The notes under the pieces are model-generated. The model saw only the letters and a program-made list of their open reading frames with translations, ran no database searches and had not been told where the DNA came from. Source: Fonticula alba ATCC 38817 (Eukaryota; Protista; Nucleariida). From it: 64,000 nt of DNA. Below, piece after piece: positions 21,201 through 33,168 of the stretch (position 1 is its first letter; each line of letters starts with the position of its first letter). The stretch is taken from NCBI GenBank assembly GCA_000388065.2, contig KB932207.1; one strand, given 5' to 3'. The position numbers were made by a program, and so were the translations under genes.

Positions 21201-23748
21201 GGGGCACAACCTCCGGGCCAACAACCGCCAATTCGGCGCCCAGAGCTCCAACTGGCCGCGGAAGTTCCGGTACCCGGATCGCATGTTCCACCGGGCTGCC
21301 CGGCTGGAGCTGGCCGGCCTGCGCCTGGAGATCCGCCATCGGCGCGGCGAAACCGACGACGCGTCCTACGTGTGGGCGCCGGATCTTGGCGGTGCGTCTG
21401 CGTGTGCTTGCTCTGGGGGGCCAGCAGTGAGCCCGGGGGGGGGGGAGGCCGGAAGGGGGAAGCTGCGCGAGGGCAGCACAACGATCCGGCTCCGGGCTGG
21501 CCGCTGACCGAAATCCCATCCACCCGCCGGCCCGGGCGTGCGCAGTGGTCTGCACCGGGGACTTCTTCATCTGGGCCGCCCCCAATGCCGGGAACCCGCA
21601 AAAGGCCCAGCGCTATGCGGTCGAGTGGGCGGTGGCCCTGCGTGAGATCGCGGCCCTCGATGCATGGGCCCTGCTACCGGGGCATGGGCCCCCGATGTGC
21701 GTGCTCCTTTGTCGGAGCTGAGCTGCCCACTGGTCCGGGGGCGGGGGGGGGACCACAGTCATGGATTGGTCCTAACACGCACCCACACGCACACACGCAC
21801 ACACACGCACACACACGCACACACACGCACACACACACACACACACACACACGGGCGCATGGACGCCGACAGCATCGGGTCCGATCGGGTCCGGCGCGCC
21901 CTCACCGACACGGCCCTCTACCTGGAGTCCCTCTGCCGGCAGACCATCCGCGAGATCAATCGCGGCCGCATGCTGGACGATGTGGTGCGCCGGGTCCGGC
22001 CGCCGGCGCACCTGGTCGGCCGGCCGTACCTCTTCGCCACCTATGACGACCCGGTGTTCGTGGTGCGCAACCTGTGGCGGCAGTATGCCGGGTGGTGGTG
22101 CCGGGACCCGGCGGTGCTCCGGCCGCCGGCCGCCCGGGAAACCGCCCTGGAGGTGGCCTCGGCGGCCGGCGGGGCAGCCCGGCTGGCGGCCCGCGCGGCT
22201 CGGCTCGCCGCCGCCGGCCGCCTGTCCCTGGCCGCGCAGCTGATTGAGTGGGCCCGCCGGGCGGCCGACATCGAGGCCCAGGCGGCCGCGGCGGCGGCCG
22301 CCGCCGGGACCGGGGCCACCGGGGTCGGGCCGCCGGCCGCCGGGCTGGCCGCCACCGACCCGGAGCTCTGGGAGGCGGCCATGGCCATCAGCCTGGCCGG
22401 GGGGTATGGGCTCCCGGCGCCCGGGTACCATGGGCAGGCCCGGCTGGCGGCCGGGGCGATGGCGGCGGCCGCGGCGGCCGCGGCGGCGGCGGCCGCCATG
22501 GCCGGCGGCCCGGCCGCCGCGGGGTACCCCTCGCCCGCGGGCTTCCCCGGCGCCGGGAACCCGGCCCTCGGGGCCGCCGCCGCCGGCACCCCGCACGGCA
22601 TCCATGGCCTGGCCGCGGGGATGCCCTTCGACCCGCTGGCCGACGCCGGGGCCGCCCTGACCGCCGCCCTGGAAGCCTTGAACCTGGCGCCGATGCCGGA
22701 GCCGGCGGCCGGCGTGCCGACCGCCGTCGGGCCCCGGCCGCCGCCCGACCGCCCGGCCGCCCCGGCCTCCACCCCGTTGCTGGTGCAGATCCACCGGATC
22801 CGGTCGGCCATCTACGGGCGCCTGGCGGCCGCCGAGTCGGCCCGCATGGCCCGCGGGACTTTCAATGCCGCGCGCATGGACAGCGAGCGGGCCCTCGGGA
22901 GCTGGAAGTGGCGCCGGGCCGAGGCGGCCGGCGCCGCCCGCCGGGCCATCGCCCGCGCCGGCATCACCTACGAGGCCGCGCGCACCCTGCAGGCGGTGCG
23001 CACCTACTCGGCCGTGTGCCGGCGGCGCCTGCGCCAGGCGTCGGCCACCACCGGCCAGGCGGCCCGCGCCGTCGGGACCGCCCTCAAGTCCGTGGTCATG
23101 GTGATGATCATCACGGTCGGGGCCCTGGCGGCCGTGGTGGCCGGGACCGCTCGCGCGGCGGCCTTCCTCTGGCCGGCGGTGTCCCGGCGCCGGGCCGGCG
23201 GCTCCGCCGGGGCCGGATCCCGCGACCAGCCCGGCGGCCACCATGCCGGCATGGCCACCGCCGGCGGGGGGGGGGGCTCCGGCCCCGGCGGCCCGGGACC
23301 GGCTGCCATGCAGGGCCTCGGGGCCGACCCGCGTGCCGGCCACGGCGGCCCGGGCCTCGGGGCCGACGGCTTCGCTGGCGGCCTCCCGGCCGGCGGCAGC
23401 CCGGAAAAGAGCAAGCTCAAGGCCCTGCTGATGGCGTACTCGGCCGAGGCCGGCGGCAGCGGCCCCGGGCCCGGAGCCCCGGCCCGCGGGCCCGGTCGCG
23501 CCCCCGACCGCCGGACCTACGACCTGTGGGGCAATCCCGTCCCCATGGCCGGCGGGGCCCCGGCGGCCGGCGGCATGGGGACCTCCTCTCGGGCCGGCTC
23601 GCGGACGTCCTCCCCGGTGGCGGGCTTCGCCGCCGCCGGCGGCGGCGGGACACGCGCCCGCCGGAAGACCGACCCCTCGACGGGCGGCCCCCCACGCCGG
23701 GAGCCCTTTTCCTGGTCGGTGGAGGGGGCCTACGAGCAGGGCCGCTGA
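17472..23748 (+). CDS. Large protein (about 1802 aa) containing an alkyl-sulfatase-type metallo-beta-lactamase hydrolase plus dimerisation domain, a long His/Cys/acidic N-terminal extension and a C-terminal hydrophobic helix; exons 17472-18570, 18858-20604, 20856-21391, 21546-21696, 21873-23748
   Basis: Spliced motifs: EVLQIAERMWRG, FANVTVFETPAGLVLVDCG, IRAVILTHGHADH (HxHxDH at 20905-20922), RFDRY...N.RQF, HRRGETDD, CTGDFFIWAAPNAGNPQKAQRY, LLPGHGPPIIG, RPYLFATYDDPVFVVRNLWRQYAGWW, and ESARMARGTF. These are typical of SdsA1/BDS1-related bacterial hydrolases. GT-AG junctions are in phase (5409 nt). Confidence 0.82.
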
Positions 23749-24280
23749 GGGGGATGTGCCCGGCCTTGCCCCCCTGCCCGGTGGGTTTGTTTGTCAGCGG
23801 CGCAGCCCCGAGGCCCGGCCGGGAGGGGCGGCAATCGATCCGAAAATACATGACCACACATGAAGCAACCGGCAGCCAGCCCGGGTGGGGGCGGGGGGGG
23901 GGGGATGCACACGGGGACACGCGTCGCCCCTGGCACCCGCACCCCGCGGCGCGAAGGGCCCCCACCGGCGGAGGACCGAGGTGGCCGGGTGGCTGCCACC
24001 GCGCAACGCGAACACTGGGGCCGGGCCGGGGGGGGGCCAGCCGGGGGTGAGGGTGGGGGGGGGGGGAGGGGCAGGCGGCGGGCGGAAAGGCGGTCGTGGC
24101 CGAGCGTCTCTGCAAGGAGGTGAGTGCACAGAAAAAAAGGAAAAAAAGGCGGCCCCGCGCGTTGGCGCACGCAGCAGCACGCGCACGGTCATCGTCCTTG
24201 TTCCAGGGCGCGGGGGGGGGGGGGAGACACGGTGGTGGTGCGCGCCTCCGGTGCGATGGGGACCGGAGCCCAGCGCGGGC

Positions 24281-24284
24281 AAAA
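24281..24284 (-). terminator. Pol III terminator (T4) of tRNA-Lys
   Basis: TTTT on the minus strand 4 nt after the discriminator base. Confidence 0.6.
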
Positions 24285-24288
24285 GGAT

Positions 24289-24361
24289 AGCCCACTGTGG
24301 GGCTCGAACCCACGACCCTGGGATTAAGAGTCCCATGCTCTACCAACTGAGCTAAACAGGC
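24289..24361 (-). tRNA. tRNA-Lys(CTT)
   Basis: Reverse complement GCCTGTTTAGCTCAGTTGGTAGAGCATGGGACTCTTAATCCCAGGGTCGTGGGTTCGAGCCCCACAGTGGGCT. Full cloverleaf, anticodon loop CT-CTT-AA, A and B boxes intact. Confidence 0.96.
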
Positions 24362-24385
24362 TATACATGTGCCCCGTGCCATGTC

Positions 24386-24391
24386 TTATAA
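24386..24391 (-). promoter_or_regulatory. TATA-like element (TTATAA) 25-30 nt upstream of tRNA-Lys
   Basis: AT-rich hexamer in a GC-rich background at the position of Pol III upstream TATA elements. A similar TTAAATA lies 22-28 nt upstream of tRNA-Pro (50705-50711). Confidence 0.45.
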
Positions 24392-24615
24392 GAGACCCTG
24401 GACCGGGCAACGTGTGCCTGGGATTTCCGCCTTTCTGCCAGGCCCACGACGTCCCGCGCGGTGTGGGCCCTGCAAACGGGCGGAGCCGGCTCGCCCCGGG
24501 GTGTGGCGCCCCGGCCGCGGTGACGACGCGACAAGCCGAGAGGTGTGTGCGTCCGTGCCCCCCGGGGGGGGGGCGAAAACACGTACAAATGTCCATCTTT
24601 GAGACCCATCCACAT

Positions 24616-24694
24616 GGTTGGATGGCCGAGTGGTTAAGGCGCTAGTTTCAGGTACTAGTGGGAAACCTCGTGGGTTCGAGTCCCACTCCAATCA
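24616..24694 (+). tRNA. tRNA-Leu(CAG), class II with long variable arm
   Basis: GGTTGGA/TCCAATC acceptor stem, D-arm GCCGAGTGGTTAAGGC, anticodon stem CTAGT/ACTAG with loop TT-CAG-GT, T-arm GTGGG-TTCGAGT-CCCAC, TTTT at 24704-24707. Confidence 0.96.
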
Positions 24695-25097
24695 CACCTT
24701 CTCTTTTGCGCCCGGGCCCGTGATGTGTGTTTATGCGCGCGCGCCGGCGACGGAGGACAGACTGCCGGCCGGCCGGCGGGGGGGGGGGGGGGGGAGGAGG
24801 GTCCACGCATATTTTGCACATATCCATGCATGGTGGTCACTTTATTTTGTTGTCTTCCCGCCTCGCGGGGATTGTCCACTCGCGTGTGCCAGGGCGGGCG
24901 AGGCGCGCTCAGTTGCATGTTTCGGAGCGAGGCAGACAGGGGGAAAGAGGGGGAGGGCGGGGGAAAAAACAAAGGCCAGGCGGGGGAGACGCACTCGCAC
25001 TCACACACACACAATCCACAGCCAGATACTCGGGACTGCTGCCGGCCGTCTTGGGTCGCTGCTGCGCTCCTTTTGCCCTTGCACTGCCCTGTCCCGG

Positions 25098-27094
25098 TCA
25101 TGTGTGCGCGCTGTCGAGGAATACGTACGGGTGGCGGCGGAGGGCCCGGCGCAGGCCGCATGGCCGGAGCAGCTTCTCGAGCGAGACCTGAGGCCGGCGG
25201 TTGGTCAGAAACAGCCGCACGAAGGGGTCCGCCCCCAGGGCCGGATCCAGGCGCTCGGCAGCCGCCAGCTCCCGCAAGGCCTGCCGGTTGTCGCCGCACG
25301 CGCTCAAGGCTTGGGCCAGCTTTTTTGGATCCCGGCCAGAGGGGGCCACGCGGTCAGGCACTGGACGGGCGACGAAGAGCGAGAAATCCGGACAGGGCCC
25401 CCAGAGCTCCCCCTCGCACCTGGACATGGAGCTGGGCCAGCTGAGCCGAATCCATGGAGCTGGCCGATGCGCGGTTCACCGCACAGCCTAGCAGGATGAG
25501 AGCTGGGGGCTGAGTCAGATTCACTGCCACCGAGGGACCGTATGCGCGCGTACGAGAGAAAGAGAGAGAGAGGAGGGAGGGGGAGAGGCAGAGGCAGAGG
25601 CAGAGGCAGAGGCAGAGGCAGAGGTAGAGGTAGAAGAGAGAGAGAGAGAGAGAGAGAGCATGGAGATGAACATGGAGATGAACATGGAGATGAACATGGA
25701 GATGAACATGGAGATGAACATGGAGACGAACATGCCCAGGCGTACCGTGCGTCTGGTGAGGTGTGCCCAGACGCGTTTGGCGCAGCTCGAGGATCCAGGC
25801 GGCGAAGATGCCAGCCAACAGGGGTGGTGTGGCCACCGGGCCGCCCGCTGCGACGCCGGGGCCCACAGCCACCGACATGCAGGAGGGCAGTCCCACCGGC
25901 AGGCAAGGGGTCAGCATCCGGCCGAGGGCCGCACCCCCGGGCAGGCAAGGAGGAGGCATGAAGAGGGCAGGAAGGAACACGCACTGCCCTGGATAATGCG
26001 CTCGGCCAGTCGCCCGGCGGTGTCAGTGGCCCAGGCGGCACAGCGGCACAGCTCCCCCGGGTCGGCCGGCAGTGTGTTGCCCAAGCACGCAATCCGAAGA
26101 TGAATGCCCACCAATTCGGTGAGCTGCCTGGCCAGGACCCCCGGCGATACGACGGACACCGGCCAGCGCTGGGCACGCTCGGCGAAGCGCCTGCAGCCAC
26201 GAGGGCGAAAAAAGCGAGGTAAGAAGCAGGAGGCAGGGGGCGAGGCGGGGGGGGGGGGGGGGGGGGGCCTCTCGGACCGGCGCCCGGGATGGCCGCGACC
26301 GCCCCGGGCCGACCCCCACCCCCGGGCCGGGGGCGGTCTGGCGGCGAAGAGCTCCCGAGGAAAAAGTGGGCGTACCGTTCGGCCGCGACGATGCGCGCCT
26401 CGGTCCGGCGTCGGGGCGCCGGGCAGGTGCCAGGGTCGGTGAGTTCCCGACGCAGCTGAATGTACAGCAACTCGAAAAGTGTGGCCATCTGCGACAAGAC
26501 CAGGTGACACTCCATGGAAAAGAAGGCCCACGCCGGCGGCCGCGGCCGAGTGGCTCTCAAACATGCACAGGGTGCGGGCCCCTCGCGGGTGCGGGGCCCC
26601 TGCCGCCAAGCCACACGTCGGCCCAGCACCCGCAGAGCATCCTCGCAGACGGCCTCCGCGGCCAGGAGATACTCCTGGGCCGTTCGCGCGATGGCCTGGC
26701 CGCCCCGGGGGCCAGAGCCCCGATCCAGATCCACCGGCCCGAGGCCGTGGGCGGCGCGAGCCGCGAGCTGGAGCAGCCGGGCCCGAACGACAGCCGGGCC
26801 GCCTCCGCACAGGCACAGCACGCCGGCGGGTGCGGTGTCGGCCAGAGCCTCGCGCAGTCTGGCGAAATACGCCTCGGATTGCTCATCTTGCCCGGGAGAA
26901 GCACCAGTCAGCAGGTCAGTCCGGCCAGAAGCCGAGAGCGGGACGCCGGAAGCGCCAATCGTCGCACCAGTAATGTCCTCCAGGGCCCGGAGATGGGCAG
27001 CCATTCGCAGGGGCTCGGGCGTGCCGTCGGGCACACGAACCAGCCAGGCCTGACGAGTCAGGCGCCGGTGGAGCTCCCCGGCGGCGAGAACCAT
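25098..27094 (-). CDS. Multi-exon hypothetical protein, no family recognised
   Basis: ATG at 27094. Coding-like blocks are linked by GTACGC/GTGCGT donors (near 26375, 25982, 25745) and phase-compatible AG acceptors (near 26192, 25848, 25489). The 3' exon structure is ambiguous, with stop at 25098 or 25354. Confidence 0.5.
25659..25734. repeat. 12-bp minisatellite (CATGGAGATGAA) x6, preceded by (GAGGCA)n and (GA)n, intronic
   Basis: Five identical units and a sixth with one substitution; no spacers. Confidence 0.92.
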
Positions 27095-27709
27095 GGATGC
27101 CTGGGATCGACGGGCCGGCGAACGGGGAAGGGGGCAAACGGCAAAGCAAAAAAAAAGAAAGCGTCTCGCCAACGACACGAGCTGAATGGCGGGGGGGGGG
27201 CGGGGAGGAATGATCGACGAGCGGACGCCTCCGCCAACCAGCCAGAGCCCCTGAAAAAAGCACCCCCCTGCCCAACCGGCGGGACAAGAGAAAACAAACA
27301 AGGCATGAGAACAGCCCCCGGATGCGGCAACTGGCCGATGTCACTTGCACACCAGCCCGTATATGATATACCCGGGGCCCGCCGCGCCGCCGAGGCCCGA
27401 GACTGGGCTCCGACACCGGCCCCGGGCAACGGCGGAAAACAAGAGCAAGGAGGGAGGGGGAGGGTGTGTGTATTGCTGTGCGCACACACGAGCCGCACTG
27501 CGGGGGGGCGGGGGGGGGGGCATAGAGCACACATGCGCCACAAAAGCCCAACATGAAAGCCAGGACAAAAAAGGCAGGGAAGAGGCCACCCACCGGGCGC
27601 GGGGGGGGGGGGGGGGGCGCGCGCGCCGGCGGGAGGGCACATGGTAGGCGACAAAAGGCGGAGGAGAGGGCGGAAGGAGAGGGGGAGGGAAACAAGGACA
27701 TGGCACACA

Positions 27710-27741
<32 letters not shown>

Positions 27742-27909
27742 AGGGAGGTGGACGACGAGGACGAGGGGGGGACGAGAGGCGGAAGCAGGACGCGGCACGT
27801 GTCAAACATACACACACACACACACACATACATACATGCGCATGCATATGCACACGCACACACCCATGCGCCGCCACACCGACCCGCCCCCTCGCCGCCG
27901 GCTGGCCTC

Positions 27910-30900
27910 TCAGTTGGCGTCGAAGCCCATGTACTGCTCCGGGAGCTGGTCCTCGCCTGGGGCATCGAAGAGCACGGTCTCGGTGCCCGGGTCATCGGCC
28001 TCCAGGGCCGTCGGCGCCAGGGCAAGGGCCGCCGTCTCGGACGGGCTAACCGAGGCCCCGGTGCCAAACTGCCCGGACCCGGCGGCCGAAGAGGGCGGCA
28101 ACAAGCCACCCGGCGAGCCGGCCGACGGAGGGGGCGGGATGGCCGGGATCGGGGCCCCGGCAGCCGGGTGCCCGGCACCGCCGATGATCAGCCGCGCGCC
28201 GCCATTGGAGCGCGGGGTGGCCGCCGCGGCAGCCGCCCCGGCCGACGGGTAGTACAGCGGCAAGCCGCCGCCCTGCTGCTCGTCATGGTGCAAATCCGCG
28301 CTGTGCAACCCCAGCGGGTCCATGTCATCCTCCTCATCTTCATCCGAGGCCATCCAGCTGTCCACACGATGGTAGCCATCGCGCGCGCTGCCGGCCACAG
28401 CCGCGGCACCGGCCGCGGCCCCGGCCCGGATCGGCGTCATGCCGATCATCTCCCCGCGGCCGGCCGGCACCGGGGCCCCGGGGTTCTTGGGGTCCAGCAT
28501 GTCCTCGGTGTCGAAGCGCTCGCGGCGATTCTTGCTGTAGACAAACAGCGCAAACGAGGTGACCAAAATGCAGAAGCCGGACACCATCAGCACGGCGGTG
28601 GTGTTCCGGCCCTTGGCCGGGGGCGGCGGCTCGGTCGACCCCTCGCCCGGGGGCGGGTCTTCCACCTCCGGCAGGGGGGTCCCCTCCAGTCGGGGAATCG
28701 AATCGAAGACCGGCACCGCGGCCTGGGTCACCACCACCGCATGGACCAGGGCATCGCGCCGGCCGCCGGCCGCCGCCTGCGCGGCGGCATACACCTCGGC
28801 CAGGGACCGGCTGCCGGCGATGGCCGCATGCGACAGATCACGCGCCAGGCGCCGGACTACCCCGGCACCCTGGGCACCGGGCACATGGATGGCCGAGGTC
28901 AGATACCGGACCAGCAGGCGGTAGTGCTGGGTTTCGGCCGGGTGCGCCGCCAGGGGCAGGCGCACAGCGCGCTCATTGACCGCCGTCACATCCAGCTGGT
29001 ACACCGTCTCGAAGGTGGCGGCCTCCGGCGCGGCCTGGCCGGAGCCGGTCTCCGGCGCCCGGGGCGCCTGCCGCTGCAGGACCACCTGCATGCTGTCCAT
29101 GCTGTCGGGGATCGACCCGCCGGCCGGCAGGCTGGTATCCACGGCCAGGGCCACCACCACGCTGGCGCCCGGCTGGCCGGGCAGCACATGCACAGGGAAG
29201 GACGCCTCGGCAATGCTATCCAGCGGCAGGTGCTCCGGGCGGATGCGCAGCGCCCCGGTGGCCAGGTCATGCTGCCAGATGGCATTGACATCGCACTGGG
29301 CCGGGTCGGTGACCGGAGCACAGTCGCCATATGCCGCGCCTGGCACCGCACCGGCCTCCGAGCGCTCATTCAGCAGGCACGACCGCGGCAGGCAGCGAAG
29401 CCCGGCCGTGGTGACGAAGTCCGGCCGGGCCGGCTCCTCGGTGCCCTGGGACCCGGATTGGCCGGAAACCGGGCCCCAGGCCATGCGCGACAGGGCGCCC
29501 CCAGGCCCGATGACCAGGGTCACCGGGGTGGGAAGCTCCTCGTCCGGCGTGTCGGCGAAGGTGGCCGCGCTGCCACTCGGCGCCGGGGGGGGGTACATGC
29601 CCTCCAGGGAGCAGGCATCCAATTGCACCGGCGGGACCGAGGAAATCGACGCATCCACCAGGCAGCCAAAGGTATCCGGCGAGCCGGGGCCCACGACATC
29701 CACCAGATCATACGTGCCGAGGGGGGCTGCCCGAGCGAGCTGGGTCTCGGCCACCACCGACACCAGCGGCACCGGCAGGCGCATTTGCCGGCCCTCAATG
29801 AATCGGGGGTCCTGTGGCGAGACAATCGCCAGGCAAGGGCCGCTCACCATGTCGGGGACAATGCGCGCACGGCTGTTGCTACAGCCTGGGCACATGGGCC
29901 GGGGCATCCGAAGCGCGTGAATGCGAGAAGCCGGACATTTGGGAGCCGGGGCCCGGGGAGGGAGCGAGACCGAGACCCAGACCGAGAGGACATAGGATCA
30001 GTGGGAGGAAGCAAACAGAAGCGTGCACGAGGCATCCAGCCGAGAAGAGGGAGACGAAGGAAGAGGAAGGGAGGCACGCACCGCACGGCAGGTCGAGGGT
30101 GTGCTGCGGGGGAGTGGGAACATCCTCCGGCTGATCGGGCAGGACCGCCGGGTCGATGCAAGTGGCGGTCGGCTTGTAGCTGCATCGGGGAGGAAGAGCA
30201 AGCGGGTGACCACCATATATATGACGGTGTCAGGCGGAGGGCAGGGCGCTTGGGCACATCAAAAGGCGAGGAAGAACGCGGAGGAAGCGGGTCGCGGAGT
30301 GGGGGGGCGGGGGCGGGAAGGCGGCGTACGCAATCGTCGTCCGGCGAACACCGGCCTTCGGACCGAGGATGCACTCATCCTCGCTGACGATGACCTGGTC
30401 TTCGGCGGTGCAGAGGGCCCGGTGGCAGCCGGTGCCGCCCCAACCGGGCTCGCACTTGTGGCAAACGCCGGTGGTACCGGCGGAGGTGCACTTGCCGTGC
30501 TGGCAGTAATCCGAGCACTTGCGAGCTACGTGGGTGGGGGAAAAACGGACGTGCACGAGCACAGGGCATCGGGCGAGAGCAAGGCGAATGGGAAGGGGCC
30601 CCGGCGGGGAAATGGCCAAAGGGCGGTCAGGCAAAGAGATGGAGAGAGAGAGGGGGGGGGGAGGGGGGGCGGAGACTGCGGACGAGTGGGGACGAAGGAG
30701 ACGCACGCTTGTCGCAACGCTTGCCGGACCAGCCCATGGTGCAGACGCAGACCGCCTTGCGGCTGAGAACGGCCGCCTCATCAGAGTGCTCGATGCGGCA
30801 GACGCCATTCTGACATCCACGCTTCTTGCAGAGGGCCTCGTCATCGAGGCTGGAGTCGTCGTCGTCGTCGTCATCGTCATCGGAGTCATCGTCGGAGTCG

Positions 30901-31464
30901 TCGTCGGTCCCGGAGTCGGTGTCGGTATCGGGCTTGGAGCCGGAAGCCCGGAGCTCGGCGGCATGCGCACGCACCCCGGTGGCCACCACCGATGACAGGG
31001 AGTGCAGCCGGGCTGCCAGTTGCTCCAGCGACGTGGACGTCGTCTGGGCGCCGAGGTCCTCTGCGGGCCGGACATGGCGAGCATGGGGGATGCGCGGGAA
31101 GGCNNNNNNNNNNNNNNNNNNNNNNNNNNNNNNNNNNNNNNNNNNNNNNNNNNNNNNNNNNNNNNNNNNNNNNNNNNNNNNNNNNNNNNNNNNNNNNNNN
31201 NNNNNNNNNNNNNNNNNNNNNNNNNNNNNNNNNNNNNNNNNNNNNNNNNNNNNNNNNNNNNNNNNNNNNNNNNNNNNNNNNNNNNNNNNNNNNNNNNNNN
31301 NNNNNNNNNNNNNNNNNNGGGGGAGTCAAGCGTCATGCGCGGCGAGGCGGCGCTGACGCACCAGCGAGGGCGGCGCCGGCCGGGCTCAGGGCACCGGCCG
31401 CGCTGAGGGACGAGAGGCTCAGCACAGCCAGGCAGGCCACGGAGGAGAGGAAGGCGCGAGCCAT
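27910..31464 (-). CDS. Type I membrane protein (about 908 aa): signal peptide, acidic tract, two EGF-like domains, sortilin-10CC-like Cys module, beta-rich ectodomain, TM helix, acidic/YxxPhi tail; exons 31464-31362, 31060-30707, 30525-30330, 30179-30082, 29885-27910
   Basis: N-terminus MARAFLSVACLAVLSLSSLSAAGALSPAGAALA. EGF patterns CKKRGCQNGVC...CVCTMGWSGKRC and CSDYCQHGKC...CHKCEPGWGGTGC. TM segment TAVLMVSGFCILVTSFALFVYS is followed by KNRRER. All junctions are GT-AG and in phase (2727 nt). Confidence 0.8.
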
Positions 31465-33168
31465 CTTCAGCACGTGGAGGGGGCGGGACAGGAAGGCGGG
31501 GGATCTCTCAGGGGACTAAGGAGCAAAGAAGATCGTGTGCATTCGGGGGGGGGGGGGGGGGGGGGGGCAGGGATGGGAAGGATGGCCGGCCGCAAGCGAG
31601 GCTGGCGGCCCCGGCACCGTGGTTGGTCTTGGCTCCTCCTGCCCGGTCCGGCGGCCGGGCACGGGGGAGGGGGGGCGAGGAGCGGGGCACTTTCCTCTTT
31701 CTCCTCGGCGCGCCGTCTCCCCCCCCCCCCCCCCCTCGGTCAGGGTGGTGATTGCCGCATCTAGCCGGCGGCGAGCATTCCCGCCCGCGGGGGGGGAGAC
31801 CCCCCGCCCGGGATGCCCGGTGCCCGGCGCCCGCGCGCTTGCAGTTAAAGCGCCCCCCCCACACATACACATGCCTGCACCCAGCCTCTTGCCCTCTTCC
31901 CGGGCCCGGCCCCAGGCGAGAAGAATACAGCGGGCCTGTCCTTTTCATCTCCCACGGGCGAAGATCCCCCGGCAGCCGGCGACATTCCAGCTGCCCCCGA
32001 AAGAAGCACACCCTCGCACGCCGGCGCCGGTGAGCGCACGCCTGGCCCCACCCACGACCTTGCCCATGACCGCAGGAACGTGTGCGTGCATCGGCTGCTG
32101 GTCTCCATGTGTCTACGCGGGGGCGCGCGCACCGGCTCGCCTGCGTGGGTGGGTGTGTAAAAACAAAGTATCAAGCCGGCGTGGGAGGGGCGGCACACTG
32201 GTGGGCCGTTTTTTCTTCAGGCCCAGCCGAGGCCATGGCGCCTGCGCTGGAGAAACCCAGGAATGCCAGGCCAAGGGGGGGGGGGGGGCAGGCACCCGGA
32301 CGCAGGCTCCCTCCCCCCCTCCCACACACTCCGGACGCACGGCAAGAGAAGCGTGCGTGCGGGGACCATCTTGGACTGGGTAGGCCGGCGCGTGGGCGTT
32401 TGGCTGACACGGTCTTGCGGGTGGACCTTGCGCCGGGGCCAGAGCACGGCGGCTGTGTCTGCGCGCCCTTGCCTGAAGCCCAGACCGCCCCCCCCCCCCC
32501 CCCCCCCCCCCCCTCCCGGCCCAGCGCCGGCGCAACGCTGACCGCCTGCTCGTCAGGAGGCCCGGGGCCCGGAGCCATGACACGGGCCGCCCCGGCCGAG
32601 CTGCGCGAGAAGCACGCCGGCTTTTCTCCGACCGCCGCTGCCGCACGCTCGTTCGTCCGAAAGCCCGAGCCCGCCGGAGGGCACGCGCGCGGCGGGGGGG
32701 GGGGGGGGCCGGCGCCGGGGGCACCAGCCGATCGGGCGGGCGGCGTTCCCACCAGGCTTACCCGAGTGCCAACGATCGCACGGGCCTGCCTGCCCGCGGG
32801 GCTCAACGACGGAAGCCTGACGAGGCTGGCTCCCGGTCCATCCAGCCCCCTGCGGTCGGAAAAAAAACCGCCTCCCCCGGGCACGTCGCTCGAATCTGGC
32901 CGACATCACCGGCAGATGGTGGTGATGATGATGATCGGGCAGGGGGGGGGGGGGCGGGGGGGCGGGGCCGGGGAGGAGGGACCAGCCCGCCGGGACGCCA
33001 ATGACGCCTGGGATCCACAATCGGCGAGCCTTCTGGAATCACAGCCCATCACCAGATGGCAATGGTGTTCTGCTGAGGGCGGAAGTAAGGCGCCCGTCGT
33101 GGCGGACCCCGGGCGGCATACATGTTTGCCGCGGTCTGGGTCCCTGCCACCCCGGGGCTTCGGGCACT

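Noticed and set aside
25659-25734. Regular short repeat considered as a CRISPR-like array
   Set aside because: Units are contiguous with no unique spacers; it is a simple intronic minisatellite in a eukaryote.
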